From NCBI RefSeq assembly GCF_009914755.1, contig NC_060938.1: DNA of 64,000 nt; one strand, written 5' to 3'. Position numbers and translations under genes: made by a program. Shown one piece after another: positions 1-18,900 of the stretch (positions within the stretch are counted from its first letter, which is position 1; each line of letters begins with the position of its first letter). The notes below the pieces were generated by a model that saw only the letters and a program-made list of their open reading frames with translations, ran no database searches and was not told where the DNA came from. Origin of the DNA: the human T2T-CHM13v2.0 reference genome, Homo sapiens.

Positions 1-25
1 CTGCAATAGATAATAAGAGGAGGAA

Positions 26-762
<737 letters not shown>

Positions 763-939
763 TTAACTCAAAATACTCATTATATCTAGGAGCCATATTT
801 TAGGGTGAAGTTCCTTATGCTCTTTTGGGGGAAATACTTTAAAAGTCTTTCCACTAAAAAGATTCAGGATGAGGGTCTAACAGGTACAAGGCAGCTTCTG
901 AATAGTTTGGGCAGGTATGTGGGTTGAAATCAGCATACA

Positions 940-979
940 ACACACACACACATACACACACACACACTCACACACACAC
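940..979. repeat. (CA)n microsatellite, interrupted
   Basis: Seen directly. Confidence 0.95.
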
Positions 980-1435
980 CTCAATTATCTCTATGATGTA
1001 CAGAGAAAAAGATGACCAGCTGGAGGCATTTTCTGTAGTATGCTTTTACAGTGCCCAGCCCCCATTCGTGGCATCCTCCTTTCCACACAAGTGCCTGTTA
1101 CCTAATTGTCAACTAAAGAATCATGAATTTCATAAATCTGGAAGGGAGAGCTTTATTTCTCATAAAAGGTTGCAGCCTGCAGGCCCACAGGCTGGGAAGT
1201 GTAACCTTCAGAAGAAGCTAAGAGCAATCACTTCAAGGGAAGGCTAAAGCAAACAGAAATTTATGCTTAGCTGCATGGCCAAATATATAATATTCAGTCA
1301 GCTACAGGAATCATGAATATTTATGAAAGGAGAAACAACCATATATGCAATTGAGCTTCACATTTCTTCCTGAGTCCTATATTCAAAAAAAGTAGTGGTG
1401 TTAGCATGGTCCAAGAGTAGAGTTTTTGGCCCTCT

Positions 1436-2547
<1,112 letters not shown>

Positions 2548-3074
2548 CTCTGACATCAAAAGGTGAAGCAGAGGACACAAAAATCCTCGCTGCACATCCT
2601 CCATGAGTCAGCCAAAACTAGTCCAGCAATGGTGGTCAGTTTTTAGGAAGGGATGCTTTGTGAAACTGGCAAGCTGTCACCCTGAAACTGTAAAGAGGGT
2701 GGGGGAGTGCAGTCACTACCTCAGGTGACTGGCTAATAGGGATAAAGGAATGGGGTGTCCATTTCTTGTTTTCTAAAGCTGGTTTCTGCCTACTCTTTAG
2801 GAAATAATTCTGGTTAAAGATTAATAAGGAAGGGGCATACTAAGGCGTGTCTGACCTCTCTCCCCATCACGGCCAGACATTCAGTTTTCAGGGTTTCTCT
2901 GGGGACTGCTTGGCCAAGAGGGGGTCATTCCAGTTAGCTGAAGGGCTTAAGATTTTATTTTTATTCCTCATAGTGCTTCTAGCTCCCCACTGGCCTCCTC
3001 CTTAGCATAGCAGGAAAGGCTGAGATATTACCCATTTCCACTTTAACATGGAGGCTGTCAAGCAAAGTGGCAAG

Positions 3075-3280
3075 GACTCTGGAATTCAAATCCTGGCTCT
3101 ACCACTTACCACGGGTGACCTTGGCAAGTGACGTGGGCCTCCATATCTGAGCCTCCTGCTCTGTAAAAAGAAAATAATGATACTACACCCATCTCATAGA
3201 CAGTGGGAGGATTAAATGAATAAATGTAGGCAAATCACTTAGGACAGCATCTGGCAAATAATAAGCACTACGTGTTGTTA
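3075..3280 (+). mobile_element. MIR
   Basis: ttcaaatcctggctctaccacttac...ctgagcctc...ctgtaaaa...aggattaaatga core. Confidence 0.75.
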
Positions 3281-4075
3281 TGGAAGAATTTGTCTTGGGT
3301 TCTAGAGTATCTTGGTGTCAAGCAATTCCTTAAAGGAATTTCAAGTATCAGCAAGAAGACAGAGGGCTATGTGGGAAGGGTTTACACTGTCTCTAAAATC
3401 AAAACCTTCACCTGTATATGAACAGCCTGACCATAACCTGAATATTACCCTTTTAGTGTACCTGCTCTGCCAAATACTTCCCTAAAATATGAGCCAAGAA
3501 CCAGTCTGGCTGGTGAGGGCCTTGTTACCTGACTGCTAAGGGAAAAAAGGTCATACTTCCCACTATCACTGGCCTCTGCCTCTGCCATCTGGCACCTGTA
3601 GATCCCCCTGCCCACACAGGCTGGAGCCCCTCTCTTCTCTCACTGACCCATGAGACACACTTACCACTCCATCAAATCCTATTTAAAGACTTATGAAGTG
3701 ATCAGCACCAATAATGCTAGATGCTAGATTCAAACTACAGGATAACTATTTTACAGACGGCCAAACTGAGGTTCAGGAAAATGAAATCAATGGTTCCCAA
3801 ACACCAGTCCAAGAACTGTTGCCAGTCCTTGTGGTGATGTTTTCACCAGTCTTCAGCCAAACTGGAAAAATAAGACTAAAAGCTTTAAGTTTTTCATACA
3901 CCCGAAATTATTCTGTTTTTAAATTGTGAGGTTATGTCCTATCTTCCCTTCTGTGTATACGGAAAAGATATCAAAATGACCCTTCTTTTGTAAAATGATA
4001 TTGATAGGAGCTGGAATTTGAAACTAGATCACTGACTTTCACCGTCTCCTATTACACTATTTTAATTACTTCTAA

Positions 4076-4377
<302 letters not shown>

Positions 4378-5131
4378 ACTTTTAAATATTTTTAAATGAC
4401 TTTAATTTTAAATTCAACAATTATTAAACAATCGTTTATAAATATTTTAAATTGTATAACATAATACACTTAAAATATCTTCAAATAAAACTCGGCCCAT
4501 GGCTGACTCTTCATGGTATCCTAGGCAGGGTTAAAAACTCAAATCCTCACACGGATAGGCAGGTTACAATTTCAAGAAGTAGATGGGAAAAAAAAAGAAA
4601 CATTCGCAAGTCCCTAAATGTAGGATTTAAGGGCGCATGTCTCCCCCTGCTGGTTGTGGTGGTAGGAAACCGAACCTAGACCACAATGGTACTGGGGAGA
4701 ACTTGAATTGGAAAGGACCCTACAGCAAGAAGAATAGGTGCTTCAGAACCCACTATCCATCACAGGGTCCTTACCCCATCCATCATAGGGTCCTTACTCC
4801 AACCAAGAGTAAAGAGAGTAAAGTGAGTGAAGGTTAAAGAATTCGTGGCACCAGTAAACTATCAATAGATGCTGATTTACAAATCTTGGTAAATTAATAG
4901 GAAAGGAAGAAAAACGTTTACGGTGGTTTAGCTACATAAAAATATTCACTATCAATCTTCATGAATTGCTTATTCTGTATATCTAATTATATAGAATCAT
5001 AGCATAAAATAATCATAAAAATTATGCCTATCATTAGTCTTGATTCATTTGGTTCCATTACAATACTTGTCTGAAGCTTAAGTTATTGGTACAGCATGGC
5101 TGTCTGCTCAAGATGTAGGTAAAGTCAAGGA

Positions 5132-5453
5132 AGTTTGGTTTATTTGCCCCTTCGGAGGACTAAGAGGGCCTCATGCTTTCGCATATTTCACTGATTCTTT
5201 TTTGCTTGGTATGCATTATCCCCTCACCTGCTTCCATTATTGCAAACCCAACTTTCAAGCTGTCTTTAAAGCTTTACCTGCTGGTCTCTTTCTACTCCAA
5301 CAACCGAAAAAGAAAGTTTTTTTTTTCTCCCTTAATGTTATTGTTTTGTTCAGAATCTTTTGGTACTTATCCCATTCTCTTTCATATTGCTTATTACATC
5401 ATGTCTTATTTCCCATATCAGATTGTAAGTTATTTGAAGGCAGACTTTTATTC
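5132..5453 (+). repeat. Local duplication, copy 1 (~320 bp)
   Basis: Aligns with 5954-6291; the ORF track shows similar peptides from both copies. Confidence 0.9.
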
Positions 5454-5953
5454 TTTTTTTTTTTGAATTTTATTTTTGTTTTGTTTTTTATTTAAGTTCA
5501 GGGATACGTGTGCAGATTCGTTACATAGGTAAACTTGTGTCATGGCGGTTTGTTGTACAGATGATTTCGTTACCCAGGTATTAAGCCTAGTATCCATGCT
5601 GCTGTTTTTTAAACTTTTTATTTCCATAGGTTTTTGGGGAACAGGTGGCATTTTGGTTATATGAGTAAGTTCTTAAGCGGTGATTTGTGAGATTTTGGTG
5701 AACCCATCACCTGAGCAGTATACACTGCACCCAATTTGTAGTCTTTTATCCCTCACCCCCTTCCCACCCTTTCCCCTTGAGTCCCCAAAGTCCACTGTAT
5801 CATCCTTATGCCTTTACATCCTCATAGCTTAACTCCCACTTATGAGTGAGAACATACGATGTTTGGGTTTCTATTCCTTAGTTACTTCACTTAGAATATA
5901 AGTCTCCAGTCTCATCCAGGTTGCTGCAAATGCCATTAATTCATTCCTCTCAT
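5454..5953 (-). mobile_element. Two stacked L1 3' ends (old L1PA-like ~5454-5600; L1PB-like ~5605-5953)
   Basis: Poly-T tracts followed by antisense L1 3'UTR motifs (gttacataggtaaac...gtattaagcctagta; cccacttatgagtgagaacatacgatgttt). Confidence 0.85.
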
Positions 5954-6654
<701 letters not shown>

Positions 6655-6987
6655 TGAGTCCTAATGGGCAAAAACGCCACACAACTGGAAAAAAATACCA
6701 CCTGCGTCATAAACTTGTAAGGAATCATAAAAGGATGCATATAAAGCGGCCCGGCTCCTAATTACTTGGTAATTGTTAACTATTGCTTTCACTCTGTCCC
6801 CAAAACAAAAGCCTTACATGGTGTAGGCATATTACTTGTTGGTAAAGCTGACTACTAACAAGTACACCCATACCCAGTAATACATTAGAATTACCTGTGT
6901 CTAGAGGACTAACGTGATTAACCACGACCTAGCAGCACTTACAAAGGCCTGGATGACCAGTATAAAACAATTCCCCACTATCTAAAT

Positions 6988-7139
6988 CAGCACTGTCCAA
7001 TATAACTTTCTGCGATGCTGGGAATGGGCTATATATAATCTGCACTGTCCAATAAAGAGGTCACTGAGCTCCTGAAATGTGGCTAGTACAACTGAGAAAC
7101 TTATCCAGTCGTTAGTGACCATCTTACTGGACAGCTCAG
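6988..7139. mobile_element. MER3-like hAT-Charlie MITE
   Basis: cagcactgtccaata...aaatgtggctagt...tggacagc inverted termini. Confidence 0.65.
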
Positions 7140-7999
7140 CTCTTGAATCTGCCTCGACCCGTCAACTCTTTAAACTCGCCCATGTCCTCTTTTTCACTAG
7201 CGAAATAATTCTTTTTCTAAGTAACCTTCACTGATTCAAGGCATCAGAACGTCAACTGATCCCAAGCCCTTTTTTTCTTTAGCTGTTACACACGTGTGTT
7301 CACCGTGAACCTTCACCAAGAAACAGCATCCATATAAAACCCATAGCACATGACAAAGTCAGTCAAACATCAAAGGTCATGAAATCATCTACTTAAAATA
7401 ACTCATCGCGCCTCGACCTCGTGAAGCACGGTCTCGAGGGTGGACGGGAACAAAAAACAAACAGGGCGACAGGCGTAGAGAAAATGCGAGGAGCACGCGG
7501 GGAGGTCTGGCACCCCTGTCACGGCGACTCCAGGCTGAGGCCGCCCGCACGCCCGCTCTCCCACGCCGGGCACTGTCGCTCCCGGCACGCGCACAGGCCG
7601 GACACGACTCGCCCCGGCCCCCACCCCCAACGGCGGCACGGCGGCACGGCGGCACGCACCAAGACAGTGCGAGAGTCGCTCCTCTCTCTGTATCGACTCC
7701 AAGCCGGCCCCACCCCCGGCTCCTCTGAACCCCGCCTGGAAACCTTGCCCAAGCCGCTCATTGCTCAAGGCCCCCGTACAAAATGGCGGCGAGGCCTGAG
7801 GAACCAACCATAGAGACGCCCGCCGGCCGCGGACAGAGCGTAGGCCTCTGAGCGCTGGCCCCGCCCCGCGCCGGCCTGGTCTTCCGGCGGGGGCGGGGAA
7901 AGGGCGCATTTCCAAGGGCCCTTCTAGGAGAACAGCGTGCGGTCTCCATGGTGCCGGGTCATCCGAGTCGGGTCACGTGGCTGGCGAAAGCCGTCGCGG

Positions 8000-8145
8000 A
8001 GGCGTGGGGAGGAGAAATGGGCGGGAGGCTGTGGGGATAGCGAGACACCCAGCGACGACGAGGTTGTCATGGTGCCGCGGGGCCGTGCTCGCGCATGCGC
8101 CACCTGACCCACAGGCCGGTCGTGGAGCTGCGACCCCGGCCCTAG
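8000..8145 (+). other. CIPC: CIPC non-coding exon 1a (5' end approximate)
   Basis: Donor TAG|GTGAGA at 8145/8146 inside the CpG island, upstream of the exon-2 acceptor at 15432/15433. The TSS is not visible from sequence. Confidence 0.65.
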
Positions 8146-8399
8146 GTGAGAAAGGGAGGGCTCGGTCCGGGAGGAGGGGAGCAGGGATGACGGCGGGAGA
8201 GGGATTGGGCGAGGAGCGTGGGGAAAGGAGGTGGAAGTAGGGGAGAGAGGAAGAGGAGCGAGTAGGCAAGAGGGGCAAACCGGGACTTTCGGAGGACGGA
8301 GAGCCAAATGGTGGGAGCAGGGCTTTGGTTTGCTGTGAGGGGCGTGGGAGAGGGAATCGCGGGTGAGGAGGGGGCTGCGTGTGGGGAGGAGGCTTGTGT

Positions 8400-8509
8400 G
8401 AGGGGCAGGTGGGCCCTGGTCTAGCCCTGGGCGCAACCGCCAGCCGGCTGGGCGGGGAGAGAGCTTGGAGTCCAGCCCGGCTGGGAGCTGAGGGCCAAGC
8501 AATGGGCAG
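8400..8509 (+). other. CIPC: Candidate alternative CIPC first exon 1b (5' end unknown)
   Basis: Near-consensus donor CAG|GTGAGT at 8509/8510 within the CpG island. Confidence 0.5.
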
Positions 8510-10016
8510 GTGAGTGGGCGCCAGAACTAGTAACTGGGCGAGGGTCCTGGGCTTCCGGTTTGAGGTCGGGGGTGGTACCCTGTTCTGGCTCCAGGGCACA
8601 GGTGTGCTGCCTTTTCCAGAGACCTGCCGTCACCCTCGTTGCTGGTTGTTTCCCCTGAGTGGCCAGCTTGCCAGGCTTGGTGTCGGGGGTAGTGTTTCTG
8701 GGGAGAAGGTGGGCAGTGCCAAGTAAGGAGTTAAGTGGTTAGTGGGTGGGTTCGGGGGAGCTCTGATCCCGGCCCAGGTCACAGGCTGGAGCTAGGCTCC
8801 CTGTTATTGCTCAAGTCCTGGCAGTATGCATTGCCTGGGCGTTTGCCCTGGAAGGCTGGTGGTATGCCAGTCACAGCACAGTACTAGGGTCTGCCCAGTT
8901 TTGCCCTGCTGAGCTGGCAGGCTGGTGGATGCCTGGAGGGTGCACATGCTGCCTGGCACAGATGCAACGTGGGCTGGTGCGAATGGGTAGGTGGGCACTG
9001 TTACTGTGAACTAATTGCAGCAGGGGATCGGAGAAAGTTCTCTAAGCTCATCTCCCCTTTGAAAGGTGAAAATAGAGCCAAACTGGTCTAAAACATAGGA
9101 AATTGTATGGAATTGGGGTTCAGGATCTTTGACACGAATTTTCAGCCAAGTTGGAGAAATGGAATGAATGTGGAAGGGAAGATGATATTCAGACATTTAG
9201 GTAGACAGGGTTTTTCCACTGTTAAGATACCCAGACATTCTCCCAGAATGGTATCCCTGAATATGCAGGCCAAAAGAAAATGACTTCGGAGAAAAGCTAG
9301 TAATGTATTTATAATTCTAACGGGGATTACTCAAGGTTTTCTTTCTGTGACCTTATCACTTTATTGTATTTAAGCCTCTGGTTGGGCTTTTACCTCACAC
9401 TTCTGTCCAGGCACACATGTTATACACGTGACACATTTTAAAGGGAACTTGAGCTTCCAGGAATGTTGCCAAGTGTCTATAAAAGGAGAGATCTGAAAGC
9501 AGCATTTCAGATCCTTTTCTTGTAACCCTGGATCTCCTTTTTAATCATAAGGACAAATCTTCACAAAGATTGTTTGTGGATTAGATCAACCCTTAATTTG
9601 GATGGTGGATTTGTCCCTGACGTTTCAACTTAGAATAAGGGGTAGATCAAATATCTGTTTCCTGCAGGGGACCAGACGTGGAGGTTAGATCTTAAGGTGA
9701 CCGTGGTGTTTGGAAATGCAGAATCTTGACCTTCAAGCTGTTCAGGTATTTCTGTGACTGCTAAGCTACTAGAGCTGTCAGAGACTCAGCAGGTCAGAGA
9801 TTTGTTGGAATTTATTACTCTATTGAATGCCTCATGTTAATTGTTGGGGGCTGAGGTTGCAAAGATGAAAAAAACAACTCGAGGTTGAGGAGACAAATAA
9901 TTAGACTAATGTCAGAAGTGCAAAAAGAGTAGTAAGAGCTAAATGCTTTGGAGCACTTGCTAGGATTTTGAATTTTGTCCCCTTATATAAACTTATATAT
10001 TTATTGATTCACTTTC

Positions 10017-10770
<754 letters not shown>

Positions 10771-11374
10771 TAAATTAGCCCTTTTAATGCAGAATAAGGT
10801 ACATGTGTTTGTAAAGCAGCGTGAGTGATTTCCAGTCTATGCCAGGAAGCAGGAAGTAGAAAGAACACAGTGGGTAAGAGCTTAGTAATCCATTTTCAAC
10901 TCCTAGTCAGTGTGAGCATGTAACTTTATTGTAAACTAATATCTAAGAGGAAAAAAATCAAGCAACTTCCCGAGGTTTTCAGACTTTGCCTTGCAAATTT
11001 TGGGGTTGAGAGCACCAGTAGTAAGTGAGGCTTTATGTGGTGCTATGTGTGAGTGGGTCCCTCAGCCACTCCCAGGAGGGCAGTGCTGCTACTCCTCCGA
11101 AAGAGTAAAGTTTGGGGAGGGATGTAGCCCTTTGTTCTACATCCCATGTGAGCCTCCCTGGCTGCAATGCTAAGGCTTTTTGCTGCTTAAGAGAACTTTA
11201 CTGAAGATAGAGGCTTTCATATTTTTAATCATTTTCATATGAAAAATAGTCAATTTGCCATCCTAAAGTCGATTTTACATTCTTTATTTCCAACTGCCAC
11301 CAACTCCCCAGGATCTAAATTTAGCATCTGTTCTCTTTTTAACTTACCTCTGTGATACCTTTCCTCACCTACCA

Positions 11375-12220
<846 letters not shown>

Positions 12221-13499
12221 AAAACCGATTGTCAGTGTTTCAGTATTTTGACTCCATGATCAATTATCTCTTATCCTACAAATTCTCAATAAGCCAGAAT
12301 AAATTCCTGTGTATTTTCTGTAGCTCTATTGACTACACTTTAATAATAATAGCAAGACCTTTTTCATTGTTTTGCCGCAAGGATTGTAGAAGACTAAATT
12401 GGGATGCATTATCTAAAGTACCTGTAAAATAATCCATGTTTAGTAAGATAATGTGAAACTTCAAGAACCTAAGAACCTAAGTAAGGTTCTTAATTAGTTG
12501 CAACTAACATGAGCTACCCTCCTAATCTAAATCAACAGCCTGGTCCGACATGAATTAGTTTGAATGCCCATCCACAAGCCTCATCTACTTCCATTTTGGA
12601 GATGGCTTCTATTCACTTTTGGACAGTATTATTTTAGGAAAATTATACTATGCACATTTGTTGAATTTCATACAAAAGGATCCAATTTAATTAGAGATAT
12701 AGTTTTACACTTTAGTCTACTTTTTAAGCTGGGCCGTCCATGCTGTCAAATTTCATAGCTGTCAGATAGACATTGCTTTTGCATAGTTCTCTGCAAGTTG
12801 TGACAGTGCCACTGTTTATCTTTTATGCACATAGGATTAAACGTGTGACCTGTGGAAGAGTGCTTGATTTGATGTCAGTTGAATGAGGAAGCCAGTCCCC
12901 TTAAATGAGTTAGATACGGGGCAAAATGATTTTTACTTGGAATTGTGTTTAAAATTCATTCTCATTCAGTTCAGTTTGTGTTCCCTTTAGTCTGCTCCTA
13001 CAGTATGCAAAAGTACGAGCAAGAGGGTTGCTTATAAGCATCCTTGTCTTCTATTTAATTTTATTTTGAACTGCTTCTAGGGTAGTTAATGTTCTTCACT
13101 AGATCTTATATTAGCAGGAATGTCCAGACTTGGCACTCCAGGGTATTCCAGATACAGTGGTATTTGGCAGGGGGCTTGTGTTTTTCTTCACTCAAAGAAC
13201 AACAGGATAGAGTCAGGAGTGCATCGTGAATTAAAACATCACAAGGCTTTGCTTGCATCTTCCCAGTTTCATTATTGTCATGTTCCCTGTTGGCCTGTTC
13301 TCCTTATGCCAGTGGTATTCCTTGTGTTATTATCATGCTGGCCTTACAGTTGCCATTCCTTGGTGACTCAAATGGCCATGTTAAAATATCTGGAATGTTC
13401 TTATTCTCAGCCAGCAATTTGAAGGGCCAATTGGTCTTATTCTTGGCACTGTTGATCTAGGTCTGGATCTGCTGTGGACTAGCTGTTTATCACTGGAGC

Positions 13500-14700
13500 A
13501 AATATAGGCCTCTCTCCTGGGCTTCAGTCTTACATGTGACTGCCTACCCAGGATCTCCACTTAGATGACCCACAGTAACTTCAGTCTCTACATGACCAAA
13601 TCTACATGACCATGCCACCCTGCCCCACCCACCCAACTCCCTTCTGTGCACTTCTTGGGCTCCCTAGCTGAGAAAGTGGTACCACCATCTTCCCCCTACC
13701 CAGTCCCATCAGGTGGGCCTCCATGTTTTTCTTCTTCCCATCTCTACTGCCACCACCTTAATTCACCTGGACTGTCACGGTAGCAACTAAATGATCTCAA
13801 TGCCACTCTTGCCCTTCTCCACTTTAGCCTCAGTTCAGCATCCAGAATGCTTTTAAAATGCAAAGCTGGTGTACACTTGTAATCCCAGCACTTTGGGATG
13901 CCAAGCCAAGCCAAGGCCCAGAGCCAAGCCCGTGGTGGAAGGATTGTTTGAGCCTAAGAGTTCACGACCAGCTGAGGCAACAAAGTGAGATCCTGTCTCT
14001 ACAAAAAACAAAAAATTAGCCAGGTGTGGTGCTACATGCCTGTTGTCCCAGCTACTCCATAGGCTGAGGGGAGGATCGCTTCCATCTGGGCAGTTGAGGC
14101 TGCAGCGAGCCATGATCACGCCACTGCACTGCAGCCTGGGTGACAGAGTGAGACACTGTCTCAAAAAATAAGATAAATAAAATGCACATCTGATCATGTC
14201 ACACTTCTGGTTAAAATTCTTCCATGGCTTCCCATTGCGTTTAAGTTAATATCTAAAATCCTTCCAACATGGATTCCAAGGTGTTGCCTGTCTGTTCCCT
14301 GACTACCAGTCTGGCATCAGTGCATGGCATTGTACCCTTCTACACTGTGCTCTGGCCTCCCTGGCCTTTCAGTTCTTTGTTTGTGCCAAGCCCCTTGCTC
14401 CCTTAGGGCCTTCACACTGCCTGGAACATGCCTTTCGCCTAACTCCTACTAATTCCCAATCCTCCAGATCCCAGCTATGGTGCACTTCCTCAGTCCCCCA
14501 GACTGTTAGCCTCTCCCATTTATAGCTCTTATCAAAATGGTCGCTAGTTGAGTGATTACTTGATTAATGACTGTCTCTCTCTAGATCATAAGCTACAAGA
14601 AGGAAGCGACAGATGCCTATTCTGTTCATTCTATATCCCCAGTCCTTGCACAATGCCTGATTTACAATGGCATTTGATAAATATTTTTAAATGATTGAAT
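13500..14700. mobile_element. L2 remnant interrupted by an AluJ (~13865-14180, +)
   Basis: L2 3' motifs (ctgatcatgtcac, tgcctggaac, ataaatatttttaaatgattgaatg); Alu TSD aaaatgca. Confidence 0.65.
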
Positions 14701-15484
14701 GTAACTTATCTGAGCCTCAGTTTCCTCCCCTGTAAAGTGAGATAGCAACTGAAGATGACATTGTGAGGCTCAAGTGAGATAACACTAATAGCAACGCATA
14801 TTATAAGCTCTTTATTATATATGATTTTATTTGCCCATAAAAGTGTTTTTTAAGCCTAAAAGTAGCATGCATGTATAGGGAGTTGTTTTTGCTCTCTGTT
14901 CAATACCTCAGCCAAAGGATTTAGAGGTTAATTTGAGAAACACAACACTGTGGGAGGTGGCAATAGGTCATGAGCCTGCAAATGTACACGAGGAAAGCAA
15001 GCCTTGCGGTGTCTCTTTTCTCCTCTCCCCTTTCCCCTCTCCCCCTCCTTCTGCCCTCTCTCTTCTCCTGTCTTCCTTTTCCCTTCTCTTCACTCCCCTG
15101 TCCCCTCTCCCCTCTGGTGAGTTCATTTCGTTACCCATTGGAAAAAGCCTAATCAAATGTGCCTTTGTTAGCAGTTTACAAAGCGAATGCTGAATGTGGT
15201 TTGTGTGCCTTGAATTTGTAATGGAATTAGAGGGCAGCCAGAGGACTGTGAATCTCCTTATGGGTGGAAACCATTCTGTTTAGTAAACTTGAAGCTTTTG
15301 TCAGTTGAAACCTCTGAGAAAATAAAGCTGAAGTGGGTGAGGCCAGTGTTCTTTGCCCATACTTTATTCACTGTTTGGATCACCTGTTTCAGCTCTCCAG
15401 GCAGTGACTTCTTATATAATTGTTTTTCATAGGGCAGTCCAGATGAAAAGAGTACCAATGAATCTGCCTCCAGCTGAATAAACC

Positions 15485-15620
15485 ATGGAGAGGAAAAACC
15501 CATCCAGAGAGAGCCCCAGAAGACTCTCTGCCAAAGTAGGCAAAGGCACAGAGATGAAGAAAGTGGCTCGTCAGCTTGGGATGGCTGCTGCTGAGTCAGA
15601 CAAGGACTCTGGCTTTTCAG
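15485..15620 (+). CDS. CIPC: CLOCK-interacting pacemaker, first coding exon ([17 protein letters not shown]...DKDSGFS)
   Basis: Acceptor ttttcatag| at 15432/15433, optimal Kozak ACCATGG at 15485, donor CAG|GTTAAA at 15620/15621. 136 coding nt, phase 1, matching the next exon. Confidence 0.93.
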
Positions 15621-17279
15621 GTTAAAAATATCTTATCCTTCCTCTGTTTTGTGAGTGAATGCTTTGCGTGAAAAATTTCCTCCCCAAAACTCATTTATGT
15701 GATAAGGATGGGATGCTTTCACACACAGGATAAATACTTACCTGCTTTAAAATGGTAATTCTGATGCCATATGTCAGGGTACCCATCAAAGTCACCACAG
15801 GGTTAGTTCTGAAAGAATTATTTAACATCTTTTTTCAACTTAGACTCTGAATCTTACACTTCCAACTATTGCAATTGGTCACTGGAAAAAATATTTAAAT
15901 ACTCATAATTCTGTTGTTTTACTTCCTTTTTCACAGGAATTATTACATTGTAGGGGAAAAATTGCTACTGCATGTAGTTGCCATGTAACAAATTGGAAGA
16001 CTGCCAGTTAAATAAAAGTAATACTGTATATAATTTGTAAGGTAACTTTTTCATTGAGAAAGTAGTTTCGCTGTGTTTAGAAATGTACGCCTCCAACAAC
16101 CCCTCCCCCCAGTCTCTATGCATTTTGTATTTGGACTGTGAGCCACCTGGCCTAGCTCTAAACTTGAGTATCTATTAGAGATAAGAAAATAGAACAGTTT
16201 TCCTTACAAGTTTTTCTTAAACCTTACCCAAAAGGGCTAGCTGCATATATATTGAATCATTCAATTTTGTGCTGGGGCTCTTTTTTTATTTCCCGCTCTG
16301 AGGGTAGTGGCTTGAATATGGCGCTAGTGTGATTTTTGGCGCGGGGATGCAGAGGGGTGATGCTGAGGGATTCTGGTCAAGTCAACATCCTGAGAGTAGA
16401 ACCCTCTCAAGGAGAAGATTTATATTATCCAGACTCACAAAGACAAATCAATCAATTTTGATTTATTAACTTATAGTGAGAAATGCAGCTGTTAGGAAAA
16501 CTAGAACTCTCTTGTCTTTAGATTGGCATATTTTCTCCCTGTAGGCATGCTGCTTGAAAAGGCAAATTATAAATAGACCGTTGCTCAAAGAGGAACAGAG
16601 CGCCAACCAAGGGATTAGATTAAAAGGAATTAGTTGCCCTGCCCAGGGCCAGGACAGTCCAGGGAAGGGCGGGCCATCCTTCCCTTTGGATTTTTCTTCT
16701 CTCTCTCAGCATTGTTTCCTAAGCCTGCCTCATCATAAGGCTCACCTGAGGCATTTGTTAAAAATATTGATCACCAGATCTCCCTCCTGGAGACTCTTTC
16801 AAGGGTCTGGACAGGGCCTGGAATGTGGGTTCTTTTAAAAAACAAGTGTTTCTGTTGTATGATCAGACAGGTTTGGGAAACACTGGAGGCCTAGTGCCTC
16901 TTTTTTTCTTTTAATATCACGTTTGCTTTTTGTTTATGTTTCATTTCATGAATACGTGCTCATTGTAAAAGCTTGGACAGGTAGGAAAGCATGAAGAAGA
17001 AAAACATTATCCATAATCTTACCATCTATTATTTCCAGTACTGTTGACATTTTGACACTTCTAACAACTTCAACTTTGTCAGGCCAGTTGTTTTAAGAAT
17101 ATTGTACTACTCAGATATAAGGTGGTATTAAAATAATCAAACTCATTATGCCCCAGAAAGTAGCCCCAGTGAATGCCACTGGAATGCTTCGAGCCACTCT
17201 TGGGCCAGGTGCCAGTGATTTCCTCACTGCCTGAGTTATTCCAGTTACCTTGGAGTAGGATGAAATTTGCAAAATCAAG

Positions 17280-18900
<1,621 letters not shown>

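Larger units (their letters stand above)
7400..8650. promoter_or_regulatory. CIPC: CpG island / CIPC promoter
   Basis: Very GC- and CpG-rich. Contains YY1-like CAAAATGGCGGC (7779-7790), GC boxes (~7860, ~7891), E-box CACGTG (7974-7979) and NRF1-like GCGCATGCGC (8091-8100). Followed by + strand splice donors. Confidence 0.9.

Noticed and set aside
7389-8726. Many overlapping 60-208 aa ORFs on both strands
   Set aside because: Expected from stop-codon scarcity in a CpG island; Arg/Pro/Gly-rich with no domain. The same applies to 34683-35567 and 49249-52010.
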